DNA of 64,000 bases from an uncultured Saprospiraceae bacterium (GTDB lineage: Bacteria > Bacteroidota > Bacteroidia > Chitinophagales > Saprospiraceae): NCBI GenBank assembly GCA_964481485.1, contig CAYZVM010000004.1, positions 681 through 64,680 on the forward strand, read 5' to 3'. Below, one piece after another: positions 36,573-45,143 of this stretch (position 1 is its first letter; each line of letters opens with the position of its first letter). A program made the translations under genes and the position numbers. Below the pieces are notes generated by a model. It saw only the letters and a list, made by a program, of their open reading frames with translations, was not told the DNA's origin and did not search any database.

Positions 36573-37479
36573 ATTTCAATTTTATTTTCAGTTGTTCAAG
36601 CAAATAGGAAGCAGAGGTCGTTTCAGAAAACCCCAGCAAATTTCCCACCTGTTGGAATACGTGTTCCGCCCCTGCCCTACTCTCTCGCATCTCTTTCAAA
36701 GAAGTTGCCCCCGCCGATTTGGAGAGTTTTTCTCCGTTTTCGTCCGTGATAAGCGGGTGGTGCAAGAAATTGATTTTCAAAAAATTAGTTTCTACCAAAC
36801 ACTCGGCGAGGTAAAGTTGTGCCTGTGTGGATGCCTCCAAGTCAGCCCCTCGAATGACGTGCGTAATGCCAAAATGCACATCGTCTGCGAAGCTCGCCAC
36901 TTGGTAGGCCGGAATGCCGTCGCGGCGGCGCACCACGAAGTCTGGCAGCGGAAAACCCGGCGGTGTTTTGATGCGCCAAGCCACGTCGGGGTCGTCGAGG
37001 CTCAGGTTTTGATTCCGAAATGCTGGTGGATAATTGCCCTCGAATGGCGCGAGATCGCGGCGCGATTTCCGGCAGGCGAAGAGCAAGCCCGCGGCGCGGA
37101 GTTTTTCCAATGCATTGAAATAGAGCGACAAACGCCGGTGCTGCGACCAGTTTTTTTCAAAATCTTCAATTCCAGAAGTGACACTTTTTGAAAAAGTGTC
37201 ACTTCTGGAAACACCCGGCCCTTCATCCCAATCCAGCCCCAGCCATGCGAGGCTTTCAAAAATATCGGCTACATACTCCGAGCGTTTTCGGTCAGCATCG
37301 AGGTCGTCAATACGAAGCAGGATTTTGCCGCCCTGGAGCCGGGCGACGAGCCAGTTGAGGGTAAAATTCAGCGCATTGCCGATGTGGAGAAATCCGGAAG
37401 GCGTGGGCGCGAGCCGCATTCGGCAGCCCGCCCCGGCAGACTGGGCAAATGAGCGGAATTGTTGCGAAAAGGAAGTCAT
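36571..37479 (-). CDS. gluQ: glutamyl-Q tRNA(Asp) synthetase-like (truncated GluRS paralog)
   Basis: RLAPTPSGFLHIGNALNF (HIGH-type) and LSKSAG (KMSKS-type). About 300 aa with no anticodon-binding domain. Confidence 0.7.
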   Translation of the reverse strand: MTSFSQQFRSFAQSAGAGCRMRLAPTPSGFLHIGNALNFTLNWLVARLQGGKILLRIDDLDADRKRSEYVADIFESLAWLGLDWDEGPGVSRSDTFSKSVTSGIEDFEKNWSQHRRLSLYFNALEKLRAAGLLFACRKSRRDLAPFEGNYPPAFRNQNLSLDDPDVAWRIKTPPGFPLPDFVVRRRDGIPAYQVASFADDVHFGITHVIRGADLEASTQAQLYLAECLVETNFLKINFLHHPLITDENGEKLSKSAGATSLKEMRESRAGAEHVFQQVGNLLGFSETTSASYLLEQLKIKLK

Positions 37480-38315
37480 TTTGTATCGCCGAGTGCTTTC
37501 AATGCCATTCTGGCGGCATCGGCAAATTCGGGATTTTTGGGATACAGCCGCAGTATTTCTTGATAAGTGGACTTGGCTTTTTCCGCATCTTTAAGGTCAT
37601 GCTCATAAACGCGCGCCATCTCAAAAAAGGCTACGGGGGCTTGCGGATGCCATGGGATTTTTTCGCCTATTCGATAGTATAACTGAACTGCTTTGTTCGG
37701 TTCGCCGACATTTTTTGCTATTCGCGCCGCTCGCAGCATCAGGTCGGCGTATTTGTTTGGCCCCTCACCTTCCACGAGCGTCGAATAGCCCTCGGCAATT
37801 TGAATATAGGATGCTGCCATCGTTTTGTCCAGCACAGGTTGGGTGCGCATTTCCCTTTCCAAACGCACAAGATTGGAGTCAATCCAAGCCATGTTTTTCA
37901 TCAAGTTTGCGTACATGAGATCAACATCATCGGGTTTGGCCGACAGGTCGGAGGTTGCTTTGTACCTGTAAACCAACCAGATACGAGCAAGCACACCGAT
38001 TGGCTCAGAAATATCCTGCCCATTGCCGTGGTTTTTCAAGGCCTCGTTCAGAAAACGCACGGCGGTCACATTCTCCTTGTAGCGGGTAAATTTCAAGTCT
38101 GCCACCCGCGTCATGTAGTGCAGATTGTCGGCGTGCCGGTCAGGGTATTGCTGCTCTGCCGCTCGGTACAACGCGATCAACGAGTCAGCCTTTTCGGTGG
38201 TGTACGCTGCCGCCAACGATTGCTCTAAACCTGCAATTTGAGTGGCAATGTCTGTGCGGGCGCAAGCGAACAACAAGACGCTCAAGACAAAAAGTGACAA
38301 CAGGGATTTTTCCAT
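37476..38315 (-). CDS. tetratricopeptide-repeat lipoprotein
   Basis: Signal peptide plus Cys. The stop overlaps the gluQ-like start (ATGA). The C-terminus is paralogous to 38398..38928. Confidence 0.6.
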   Translation of the reverse strand: MEKSLLSLFVLSVLLFACARTDIATQIAGLEQSLAAAYTTEKADSLIALYRAAEQQYPDRHADNLHYMTRVADLKFTRYKENVTAVRFLNEALKNHGNGQDISEPIGVLARIWLVYRYKATSDLSAKPDDVDLMYANLMKNMAWIDSNLVRLEREMRTQPVLDKTMAASYIQIAEGYSTLVEGEGPNKYADLMLRAARIAKNVGEPNKAVQLYYRIGEKIPWHPQAPVAFFEMARVYEHDLKDAEKAKSTYQEILRLYPKNPEFADAARMALKALGDTK

Positions 38316-38397
38316 AGTGGCGGTTTGAACAAAAAGACAAAGCCATCGGCAGAAGCACGTTTACCAAATTTTTGAAAGGTAGTAAACGTCGCCGGTT

Positions 38398-38928
38398 TTA
38401 ATTCACCTGAATACTATCCCGGTTCCGCTGCTCAAACTCGCGGATGATTTCCTCCGGTGTCTTGCCGAGCATTTTCAGCGCAGTCTGCGCGTCGTCTGCG
38501 AAGTCGGGGTCGTTCGGATATTTTTGGAGGAAAGATTCATAGATAGATTTTGCTTTGGGAAGGTCGGCGAGGTCGTTTTCATACACAAAGCCGAGCATGA
38601 AAAGGGCGGTCGGCGCTTTGGGATGCTGCGGCATCCCGTCGGCCAATTTCGCATAGAGTTCGACCGATTTCTGCGGATTCCCTATCGTTTTTGCCAATCC
38701 TGCAGCTTTCAAAAGCACGTCGGCATATTTGGCGGAGTCTGTTTTTTCCACCAAACCCGCCAGTTGTTCAGCGGCCATGATGAATTCTTCCGCCTTCTTT
38801 TTGTCGGTCACGGTTGCGCCGCCCATTTCTTTGTCGAGGGTAGCGAGGCGGTCTTCCAAACTGCCAATTTTATCGGCGCAAGAAAAAAACGCGGTAGCAA
38901 ACAGGGTAAAAAAGAACAGTTTTCTCAT
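38398..38928 (-). CDS. tetratricopeptide-repeat lipoprotein (paralog of 37476..38315)
   Basis: Shared C-terminal block ..Y(Q/E)..L..YP(K/N)(N/D)P(E/D)FADDA..ALK.LG. Confidence 0.6.
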   Translation of the reverse strand: MRKLFFFTLFATAFFSCADKIGSLEDRLATLDKEMGGATVTDKKKAEEFIMAAEQLAGLVEKTDSAKYADVLLKAAGLAKTIGNPQKSVELYAKLADGMPQHPKAPTALFMLGFVYENDLADLPKAKSIYESFLQKYPNDPDFADDAQTALKMLGKTPEEIIREFEQRNRDSIQVN

Positions 38929-38961
38929 TGTTTCAAAAAAATTATGCAGATTGATAAAATT

Positions 38962-39010
38962 TGATGAAGGTTTATATAATTTGTCAATAAATTTCTATAA
39001 ACCTTCATCA
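38962..39010 (-). terminator. 15-bp perfect-stem hairpin after the AIR-synthase-related gene
   Basis: TGATGAAGGTTTATA-N19-TATAAACCTTCATCA. Adjacent direct repeat AATTTCTATAAACC x2. The T-run is weak. Confidence 0.4.
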
Positions 39011-39036
39011 ATTTCTATAAACCCTATCAACCTTTA

Positions 39037-40221
39037 TCAATTATGATATTCGAATTTCCCAAACTGGCTTTTCACCGTCACCTGCTCCCCCGTCGCCCGT
39101 TTTACTTTCCCAATAATGCGGGCTTCGATGCCGAATTTTTCAGCAATTGCCATGACCGCATCTGCGTGTCGGGCTGGCAGATAAATTTCCATGCGGTGCC
39201 CCATGTTGAACACCTGGTACATCTCACGCCAAGCTGTGCCGCTGCTTTCCTGAATCAGGCGAAATAACGGTGGCAACTCAAAAAGGTTGTCTTTTACTAT
39301 GTGAACGTCTTTGACGAATTTCAACACTTTCGTCTGCCCGCCGCCGGTGACGTGGATGAGGCCGTGAATTTTTTTGCGATAGTTTTTCAGGATTTCCTGC
39401 AACACGGGCAGGTAAGTCCGCGTGGGAGAAAGAATCATTTTCCCGATGCTAACTTCCTGATTTTCAATTTTTATTTTTTCTGTCAAAAGTTTGTTTCCCG
39501 TGTAAACTACCTCTGTCGGCAGTTTGGGGTCAAAACTTTCCGGGTATTTATCGGCATATATTTTTGACAAAACATCATGCCGGGCAGCGGTGAGGCCATT
39601 GCTGCCCATGCCGCCATTGTACGCGTCTTCATAAGTGGCCTGACCGAAAGATGCGAGGCCAACAACCACATCGCCGGGGCGAATGTCATTAACCAAAACT
39701 TCGCTGCGTTTCATGCGGGCGAAGGCCGTGAAACCCACGTCAATCGTGCGCACGATGTCGCCCACATCCGCCGTTTCGCCGCCCGCAAGATGGATGCTCA
39801 CGCCATGCGACTGCATTTTTTCTATAAAATCCGAGGTGCCGCGAATCACCGCCGCGATGACCTCGCCGGGTATCAAAGTTTTGTTCCGACCGATGGTGCT
39901 GCTGAGCAAAATATGGTCGGTGCAGCCCACACACGCCATGTCGTCGAGGTTCATCACGATGGCATCTTGCGCCACGCCGGGCCACACAGAGAGGTCGCCC
40001 GTTTCGCGCCAATAGAGATAGGCAAGGCTGGTCTTGGTGCCGGCGGTGTCGGCGTGGAGGAGGTTGCAATGTTTGGCGCTGCCAGCCGCCAAATCGGGGA
40101 GAATTTTGCAAAAAGCATTGGGATACAAGCCTTTGTCCAAGTGCTTGATGGCGGCGTGGACTTCGTCTTTGGAGGCGGACACGCCGCGCAAATCGTATTT
40201 TGTTGCTGGTTGTTCGTTCAT
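39037..40221 (-). CDS. AIR synthase-related (PurM-like fold) protein
   Basis: ATG at 40221 (MNEQPATKYDLRGVSASKDEVH...). DDMACVG and GGETAD blocks of the PurM superfamily. Confidence 0.7.
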   Translation of the reverse strand: MNEQPATKYDLRGVSASKDEVHAAIKHLDKGLYPNAFCKILPDLAAGSAKHCNLLHADTAGTKTSLAYLYWRETGDLSVWPGVAQDAIVMNLDDMACVGCTDHILLSSTIGRNKTLIPGEVIAAVIRGTSDFIEKMQSHGVSIHLAGGETADVGDIVRTIDVGFTAFARMKRSEVLVNDIRPGDVVVGLASFGQATYEDAYNGGMGSNGLTAARHDVLSKIYADKYPESFDPKLPTEVVYTGNKLLTEKIKIENQEVSIGKMILSPTRTYLPVLQEILKNYRKKIHGLIHVTGGGQTKVLKFVKDVHIVKDNLFELPPLFRLIQESSGTAWREMYQVFNMGHRMEIYLPARHADAVMAIAEKFGIEARIIGKVKRATGEQVTVKSQFGKFEYHN

Positions 40222-40287
40222 TGTTGTTCGTTCGTGGAGGATACAAATTCTTGCAGCATGACAAAAACGGTCAACGAACAATGGATT

Positions 40288-41496
40288 TTATTTCTCCCAT
40301 GAACGGTGTTTTATTGTTCGGTCGTAAACGTGGTAAAAAATGGCCTTATCGAGGTCGGTGAATTGTTGGTTGCGGCGCGCCATCACGGTAGCCGCGGTGG
40401 TGCAAGCATCGGCGAATTTGTAGGTGCGGTAGCCGCCACCGTCGCCACCCCAAGCAAAGTCGGGGATAAAGTTGCGCAAAAAACCCGCCCCAAATACATT
40501 GGCAAAAACGCCCACGACCGTGCCTGTGTTGAACATCGTGTTGATGCCGCATTTGGCGTGGTCGCCCATGATGAGGCCGACGAATTGTTGGCCGGTTTTT
40601 TCAAAACTCTCGCTCTCGTAATCCCAGAGTTTCACCTCGCCGTAGTTGTTTTTCAGGTTCGAATTGTTGGTGTCTGCGCCGATATTGCACCATTCACCCA
40701 GCACCGCGTCGCCAAGAAAACCATCGTGCGCTTTGTTGGAATTGGCAAACATGATAGAGCGCGTCACTTCGCCGCCCACCCGGCAGCCGGGGCCGATTGT
40801 GGTGGGGCCGTAGATTTTCGCTCCCATTTTAATAATTGTGTCTGAACCGATTGCGACTGGCCCGCGCAACCCTACACCTTCCATGACTTCCGTATTTTTG
40901 CCAATATAAATCGGACCGGCGGTCACGTTGAGCGTACAACATTCCATCGTCACGCCCTCTTCGAGAAACAAATTTTGCGCAGGGCCGACCACGTGATTGG
41001 TGGCCGAAACGGGTTGAGATTTGCGGCCTTTCGTAATCAATGCAAAATCGTCGGGGATGGCCTGTTTGTTCAGCAAGGTCAATTCCCATAAGTGTTTCAC
41101 TTGCACGATAGGGATGTTTCCTTCCAATTCCAAACCCTGCAAAGAGTGCACTTCCTCATCCTCAATGAGTTGTTCGAACTGCACTTCGTTGAGGCGGGCA
41201 GCCACGAGTTCGCCGTTGAGCAGCAGGGCTTCGCTGGGTTTCAGTTCCTTGATTCGATTGCAGAGCAGTTCGTTGGGAAGGATGCCCGCATTGACGATAA
41301 CATTCTCATCTTCAATGTTTATCGGGAATTTTTCCTGCAAATACTCCTGCGTGATATACGAGGCCGTGCCGCGCAGGAGGTGTTCCCATTTTTCGCGCAA
41401 CGTAAGAATGCCCACGCGCAGTTCGCCCATTGGGCGGGTGGCCGTTAGGGGCAAAAGATGATTGCGGGCATCAGAGTCGAAAAGGATGATATTCAT
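40288..41496 (-). CDS. putative sugar nucleotidyltransferase with C-terminal hexapeptide-repeat domain (GlmU-like)
   Basis: ATG at 41496 (MNIILFDS..LLPLTATRPMGELRVG). C-terminal LbH repeats. Confidence 0.65.
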   Translation of the reverse strand: MNIILFDSDARNHLLPLTATRPMGELRVGILTLREKWEHLLRGTASYITQEYLQEKFPINIEDENVIVNAGILPNELLCNRIKELKPSEALLLNGELVAARLNEVQFEQLIEDEEVHSLQGLELEGNIPIVQVKHLWELTLLNKQAIPDDFALITKGRKSQPVSATNHVVGPAQNLFLEEGVTMECCTLNVTAGPIYIGKNTEVMEGVGLRGPVAIGSDTIIKMGAKIYGPTTIGPGCRVGGEVTRSIMFANSNKAHDGFLGDAVLGEWCNIGADTNNSNLKNNYGEVKLWDYESESFEKTGQQFVGLIMGDHAKCGINTMFNTGTVVGVFANVFGAGFLRNFIPDFAWGGDGGGYRTYKFADACTTAATVMARRNQQFTDLDKAIFYHVYDRTIKHRSWEK

Positions 41497-41560
41497 TTCG
41501 TTGATGGTTGTTGGCCCTTGGTTGTTTGTTTGAAAAAATCTTGACAACTAAGAACTCGGA

Positions 41561-41599
41561 ATAAAAAAAAGTCCCGACGTGCGGGAAGCGTATCGGGAC
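41561..41599 (-). terminator. rho-independent terminator of rpmE2
   Basis: Minus strand reads GTCCCGA-N15-TCGGGAC followed by T8. Confidence 0.8.
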
Positions 41600-41628
41600 T
41601 TTCAAAAATCGCACCGTTAAGGGGGCGA

Positions 41629-41883
41629 TTACTTTGCGAATTTTGCAAATTTCTTGTTGAATTTGTCAATACGGCCAGCCGTGTCCACAAATTTCATTTT
41701 GCCTGTGAAGAACGGATGGCTGTATGCCGAAATCTCCATTTTCACCAGCGGGTATTCGTTACCGTCTTCCCAAGTCGTGGTTTCTTTTGTGTTGATGCAA
41801 GATTTTCCGAGGAACGCATCGTCCGTCGAAATGTCTTTGAACACTACTATGCGGTAGTTGGACGGATGGATATCTTTTTTCAT
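41629..41883 (-). CDS. rpmE2: 50S ribosomal protein L31, type B (no CxxC zinc motif)
   Basis: [17 protein letters not shown]...HPFFTGK, 84 aa. Confidence 0.9.
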   Translation of the reverse strand: MKKDIHPSNYRIVVFKDISTDDAFLGKSCINTKETTTWEDGNEYPLVKMEISAYSHPFFTGKMKFVDTAGRIDKFNKKFAKFAK

Positions 41884-41990
41884 GACCTTTATTTTTTCAA
41901 AAATTTGTTGTAAACCTGTGCTTTCAGAATTCGAGGCGCAAAAGTAGGAATATGCGGCCTTGTTTTCAAAACATTTTTTGGAAAAAATAC

Positions 41991-42632
41991 TTACAGGCAC
42001 TTTGCCAAAATCGCTTGGTGAATCCGCCACACCTGCGGAATCAACGCTTGAGTCCCGTCGTTCGCAATGACAAAATCCGCCAACACCACCTTTTCCGTCT
42101 CCGATATTTGGCTTGCCATGCGAGCCCGCACCTGCTCTTCCGTCACACTATCGCGCTGTACCACCCGCTGGATGCGCAAAGTCTCCGGCGCAGTCACAAC
42201 TATCAGAAAATCAAGGAACTGATGGCTGCCACTTTCTATTATCAGCGCGGCTTCCTTCAAAGTATATGGCACTCCCAATGCCGATTGCGCCTCGTGCCAA
42301 CTGCGGCTGTGGCGCTCTACGGCTGGGTGAACCAAAGCATTGAGAGCGGCCAATTTTTGCTTGTTTTCAAAAACGACTTTGGCGACAAACGGGCGGTTGT
42401 ACACCCCATCCGACGTGTAGGCTTCTTGGCCAAAAATTTCCACAATTCCTTTTTTGAGAGCATCCTCGTTGTTTATCAGCCATTTGGCCCAGTGGTCGGC
42501 GTAATACACCGGGATGCCGAGTGCTTCAAAAATCTGGCATACGGTCGTTTTCCCGCTCCCGATGCCGCCAGTGATGCCGACGCGAGGGCAGGTTCGTTGA
42601 TGGTTGTTCGTTGTTTGTTGTTCGTTGTTCAA
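41991..42632 (-). CDS. coaE: dephospho-CoA kinase
   Basis: [15 protein letters not shown]-loop. There is no in-frame ATG. TTG at 42632 overlaps the upstream stop (TTGA). An alternative TTG at 42683 would overlap the upstream gene by 55 nt. Confidence 0.8.
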   Translation of the reverse strand: MNNEQQTTNNHQRTCPRVGITGGIGSGKTTVCQIFEALGIPVYYADHWAKWLINNEDALKKGIVEIFGQEAYTSDGVYNRPFVAKVVFENKQKLAALNALVHPAVERHSRSWHEAQSALGVPYTLKEAALIIESGSHQFLDFLIVVTAPETLRIQRVVQRDSVTEEQVRARMASQISETEKVVLADFVIANDGTQALIPQVWRIHQAILAKCL

Positions 42633-43858
42633 ATCTTCGGAAACATTGAAACTTGCTTCAAGGCCGTTTTGAAAAAAGGCCAAGTCGGCGGGGCGCTAAG
42701 TAATTGAATATCATCGGCGAAGGTAGAGTCTTCGTCCAAAAAACGGAACACGAGCGGGGCGGGCAATTTTTGAAACAAGCCGGTGAAAAAATCCTTGCCG
42801 CTGACGGCATTTTCTCTCAAAACCCGCAGCATGACCGAGTCGTAGAATCGGTAGCGCCAATCCGAACGGAGGAGCGCGGGGTCAGGTTGGCCGTTTTTTT
42901 CCCAATCGGCGGCGAATGCGCGGAGTTTGCGTTGCGTCCGCTTGAAGGCGTAGCCGCTCGATGCTTTCACAAACCCGCCCGCCGTGCCAATGTGAATGAC
43001 CCTGCCCTCGGCGGTCGGCGTGAACGGATAATCGCTCATCGGTATCACGCCAAACTCTTCTTCAAGCACACGGAATTCCTTGATTTTCAGAAACTCGTGG
43101 ATATAACGCCCGAGTTCGACATCGTACTCCGCCGCCGGGCAAAGCCCCGGAGAGAACACGGTGAACTCGACCAAAGCGCGGGTCGCGGAGAATGGCAGGA
43201 CGTACACGAAGCGGGTTTCGCCCTTCTGTCCGAGCCGATAATCCATGAACGTCACCACCTCGGGGTCGAAAGCCGGAGCGGGCGTTTCGATGAAATAACC
43301 TTTGAAATGTTGGAGCAGGAAAGTAAAATTGGGGATTGGGGATTGGGGATTGGGGATTGGGGTAAATGATGGATTCGGGTACAAGTCGCTCGCCTTGGGC
43401 AAAACGGGAATTTTCGTGAATGCAGAATTGAAAACCCAGTCGCCCGCAAAATCACCTGCCTCTGTTTGGACGGTTCCGGTTTGGGTATCCAAGCCGAGAA
43501 TATTGGCTGTAACACGCTGAATATTAGTGGTTTTGCCCAATTCATTTTTTACCCAATCGTAAAAATCCAGACCACGCACCATGCGGTAGCGGTAAGGCGC
43601 GATGGCGAGCGAGGCTTCAAGATTTTCTCCGAAAAAAAGGCAGTTGTCCCAACTTTTGAACACGACGGGCGGCAATGTCTTCACCTCCTCGTCGGTCGCC
43701 CAAAAGCACCAAGTTCGGTCGTTTTTCGTCTTTTCGTCGCGGTCAATCAGCAGGACTTTTTTGTCCCGAAAAAACGGGCGCCGGGCGCATTCGAGCGCCA
43801 ACGTGAGGCCGGAAAGGCCAGAGCCGGCAAGTATGATGTCCCATTGTTTGTTCGACAT
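42629..43858 (-). CDS. lycopene cyclase family (CrtY-like) flavoprotein
   Basis: ATG at 43858. WDIILAGSGLSGLTLA dinucleotide-binding motif. Size and C-terminal blocks recall the lycopene beta-cyclase family. Confidence 0.6.
   Translation of the reverse strand: MSNKQWDIILAGSGLSGLTLALECARRPFFRDKKVLLIDRDEKTKNDRTWCFWATDEEVKTLPPVVFKSWDNCLFFGENLEASLAIAPYRYRMVRGLDFYDWVKNELGKTTNIQRVTANILGLDTQTGTVQTEAGDFAGDWVFNSAFTKIPVLPKASDLYPNPSFTPIPNPQSPIPNFTFLLQHFKGYFIETPAPAFDPEVVTFMDYRLGQKGETRFVYVLPFSATRALVEFTVFSPGLCPAAEYDVELGRYIHEFLKIKEFRVLEEEFGVIPMSDYPFTPTAEGRVIHIGTAGGFVKASSGYAFKRTQRKLRAFAADWEKNGQPDPALLRSDWRYRFYDSVMLRVLRENAVSGKDFFTGLFQKLPAPLVFRFLDEDSTFADDIQLLSAPPTWPFFKTALKQVSMFPKI
43328..43362. repeat. (ATTGGGG)x5 perfect heptamer repeat inside the CrtY-like CDS; canonical G-quadruplex motif
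   Basis: Five GGGG runs separated by ATT on the plus strand. Encodes TPIPNPQSPIPN on the minus strand. Confidence 0.95.
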
Positions 43859-44020
43859 GGCGATTTGGAAAATGACTTTTTCCAAAAATGGTTCAGCCCG
43901 CCTCGTACAAACTTTCGGAAAATTTGGCATCTTTCAAAAAGTTCGGCATCGTCGTTGCAGGAAATTTTCGATTTTTGCCCGCTTTTTTCTCTTTTGTAAA
44001 AAATTCAAAATCAAAAATTT

Positions 44021-45103
44021 ATGTTTAAAAACAACCTTTTGAAAATAGGGCGGCATCTCGTTGTTTTCTTGGCATCAGCCTTTTTGCTGGCCAGCTGTAT
44101 GCGCTCCACCTCGCTCACCGTGCTGCAGCCAGCGCAGTTCAAAGTGCCGGAACACATCTCAAAAGTCGCCGTGGTGGACCGCAGCAAACCTTCCAACGGC
44201 TGGCTCAACGCGCTCGAAGGGCTGTTCACGGGAGAAGCAATCGGGCAAGACCGCCGCAGCCGCGAGGAAGCGGTGGCCGGCCTCACCAACGCGCTCACCC
44301 GTACCCCGCGTTTCACCGTCGTCCGCACAGGCATCGAAATGTCGGGCAGCAAAGCGGGCGTAAACCTGCCCCCGCCGCTGGAATGGCGAGAAATAGAGCG
44401 CATTTGCAGCGAGTACAACGCCGACGCGGTGGCCACCATCGAGTCTTTCGACTCCGACAATGCCATCAATACCCGCCGCGTGGACGAACGAAAAAAGGAC
44501 AAAAACGGCAAACCATACACGGAAACCCGCTTCGATTCGCGGCAACGGACAGGCGTGCGCATGGGCTGGCGTTTGTACGACCCGAAAACGCGGGTCATCC
44601 TCGACGAATTTGTGACCGACGATTACCTCGAACGCAATGCCTCTGGCCGCACCGAGCGGGACGCGGTGGGCAGGCTTCCCTCGCAGGTGTCGGTGACGCG
44701 CGATGTGGCCTACAATGTGGGGCTGGAATATGGCGCCCGCATCGCCCCGACGTATGTGCGCGTGGGCCGTCAGTATTACGCAAAAGCAAAAGGTTACAAA
44801 ACCCAAATGAAGCAGGCAACCCGGTATGCGCAGGGTGGCGATTGGGAAAAGGCTGCCAATATTTGGAAAAACATAGAGCCACGGGCAAAGGCGGGCGACA
44901 ACCGCAAGGCCGCCGGTCGCGCCGCTTTTAATATGGCCGTGGCCGCCGAAAAAAATGGCAACCTCGATATCGCGCTCGATTGGGCGCAAAAGGCGTGGAA
45001 CGATTATGGAAATAAAAAGGCGCGAAATTACATTCATACTATCAAGCAGCGCCAAAATGATGTCCGCAAGTTGGAATACCAAATGCCGGGCAAACGAGTT
45101 TGA
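44021..45103 (+). CDS. lipoprotein with C-terminal TPR-like region (DUF6340-like)
   Basis: Lipobox FLLASC. C-terminal GDWEKAANIWKNI...NGNLDIALDWAQKAW. Confidence 0.45.
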   Translation: MFKNNLLKIGRHLVVFLASAFLLASCMRSTSLTVLQPAQFKVPEHISKVAVVDRSKPSNGWLNALEGLFTGEAIGQDRRSREEAVAGLTNALTRTPRFTVVRTGIEMSGSKAGVNLPPPLEWREIERICSEYNADAVATIESFDSDNAINTRRVDERKKDKNGKPYTETRFDSRQRTGVRMGWRLYDPKTRVILDEFVTDDYLERNASGRTERDAVGRLPSQVSVTRDVAYNVGLEYGARIAPTYVRVGRQYYAKAKGYKTQMKQATRYAQGGDWEKAANIWKNIEPRAKAGDNRKAAGRAAFNMAVAAEKNGNLDIALDWAQKAWNDYGNKKARNYIHTIKQRQNDVRKLEYQMPGKRV

Positions 45104-45143
45104 GAAACAGCAAACATCCCGAAAGCCAACGTTGAAAAAAATT

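Noticed and set aside
42629-42683. Long coaE N-terminal extension overlapping the CrtY-like gene by 55 nt
   Set aside because: A shorter TTG start at 42632 gives a TTGA stop/start overlap and keeps the P-loop near the N-terminus. Neither start can be confirmed without data.
43328-43362. Telomeric repeat or linear-replicon end
   Set aside because: The repeat lies in frame inside a conserved flavoprotein gene in the middle of ordinary chromosomal context.
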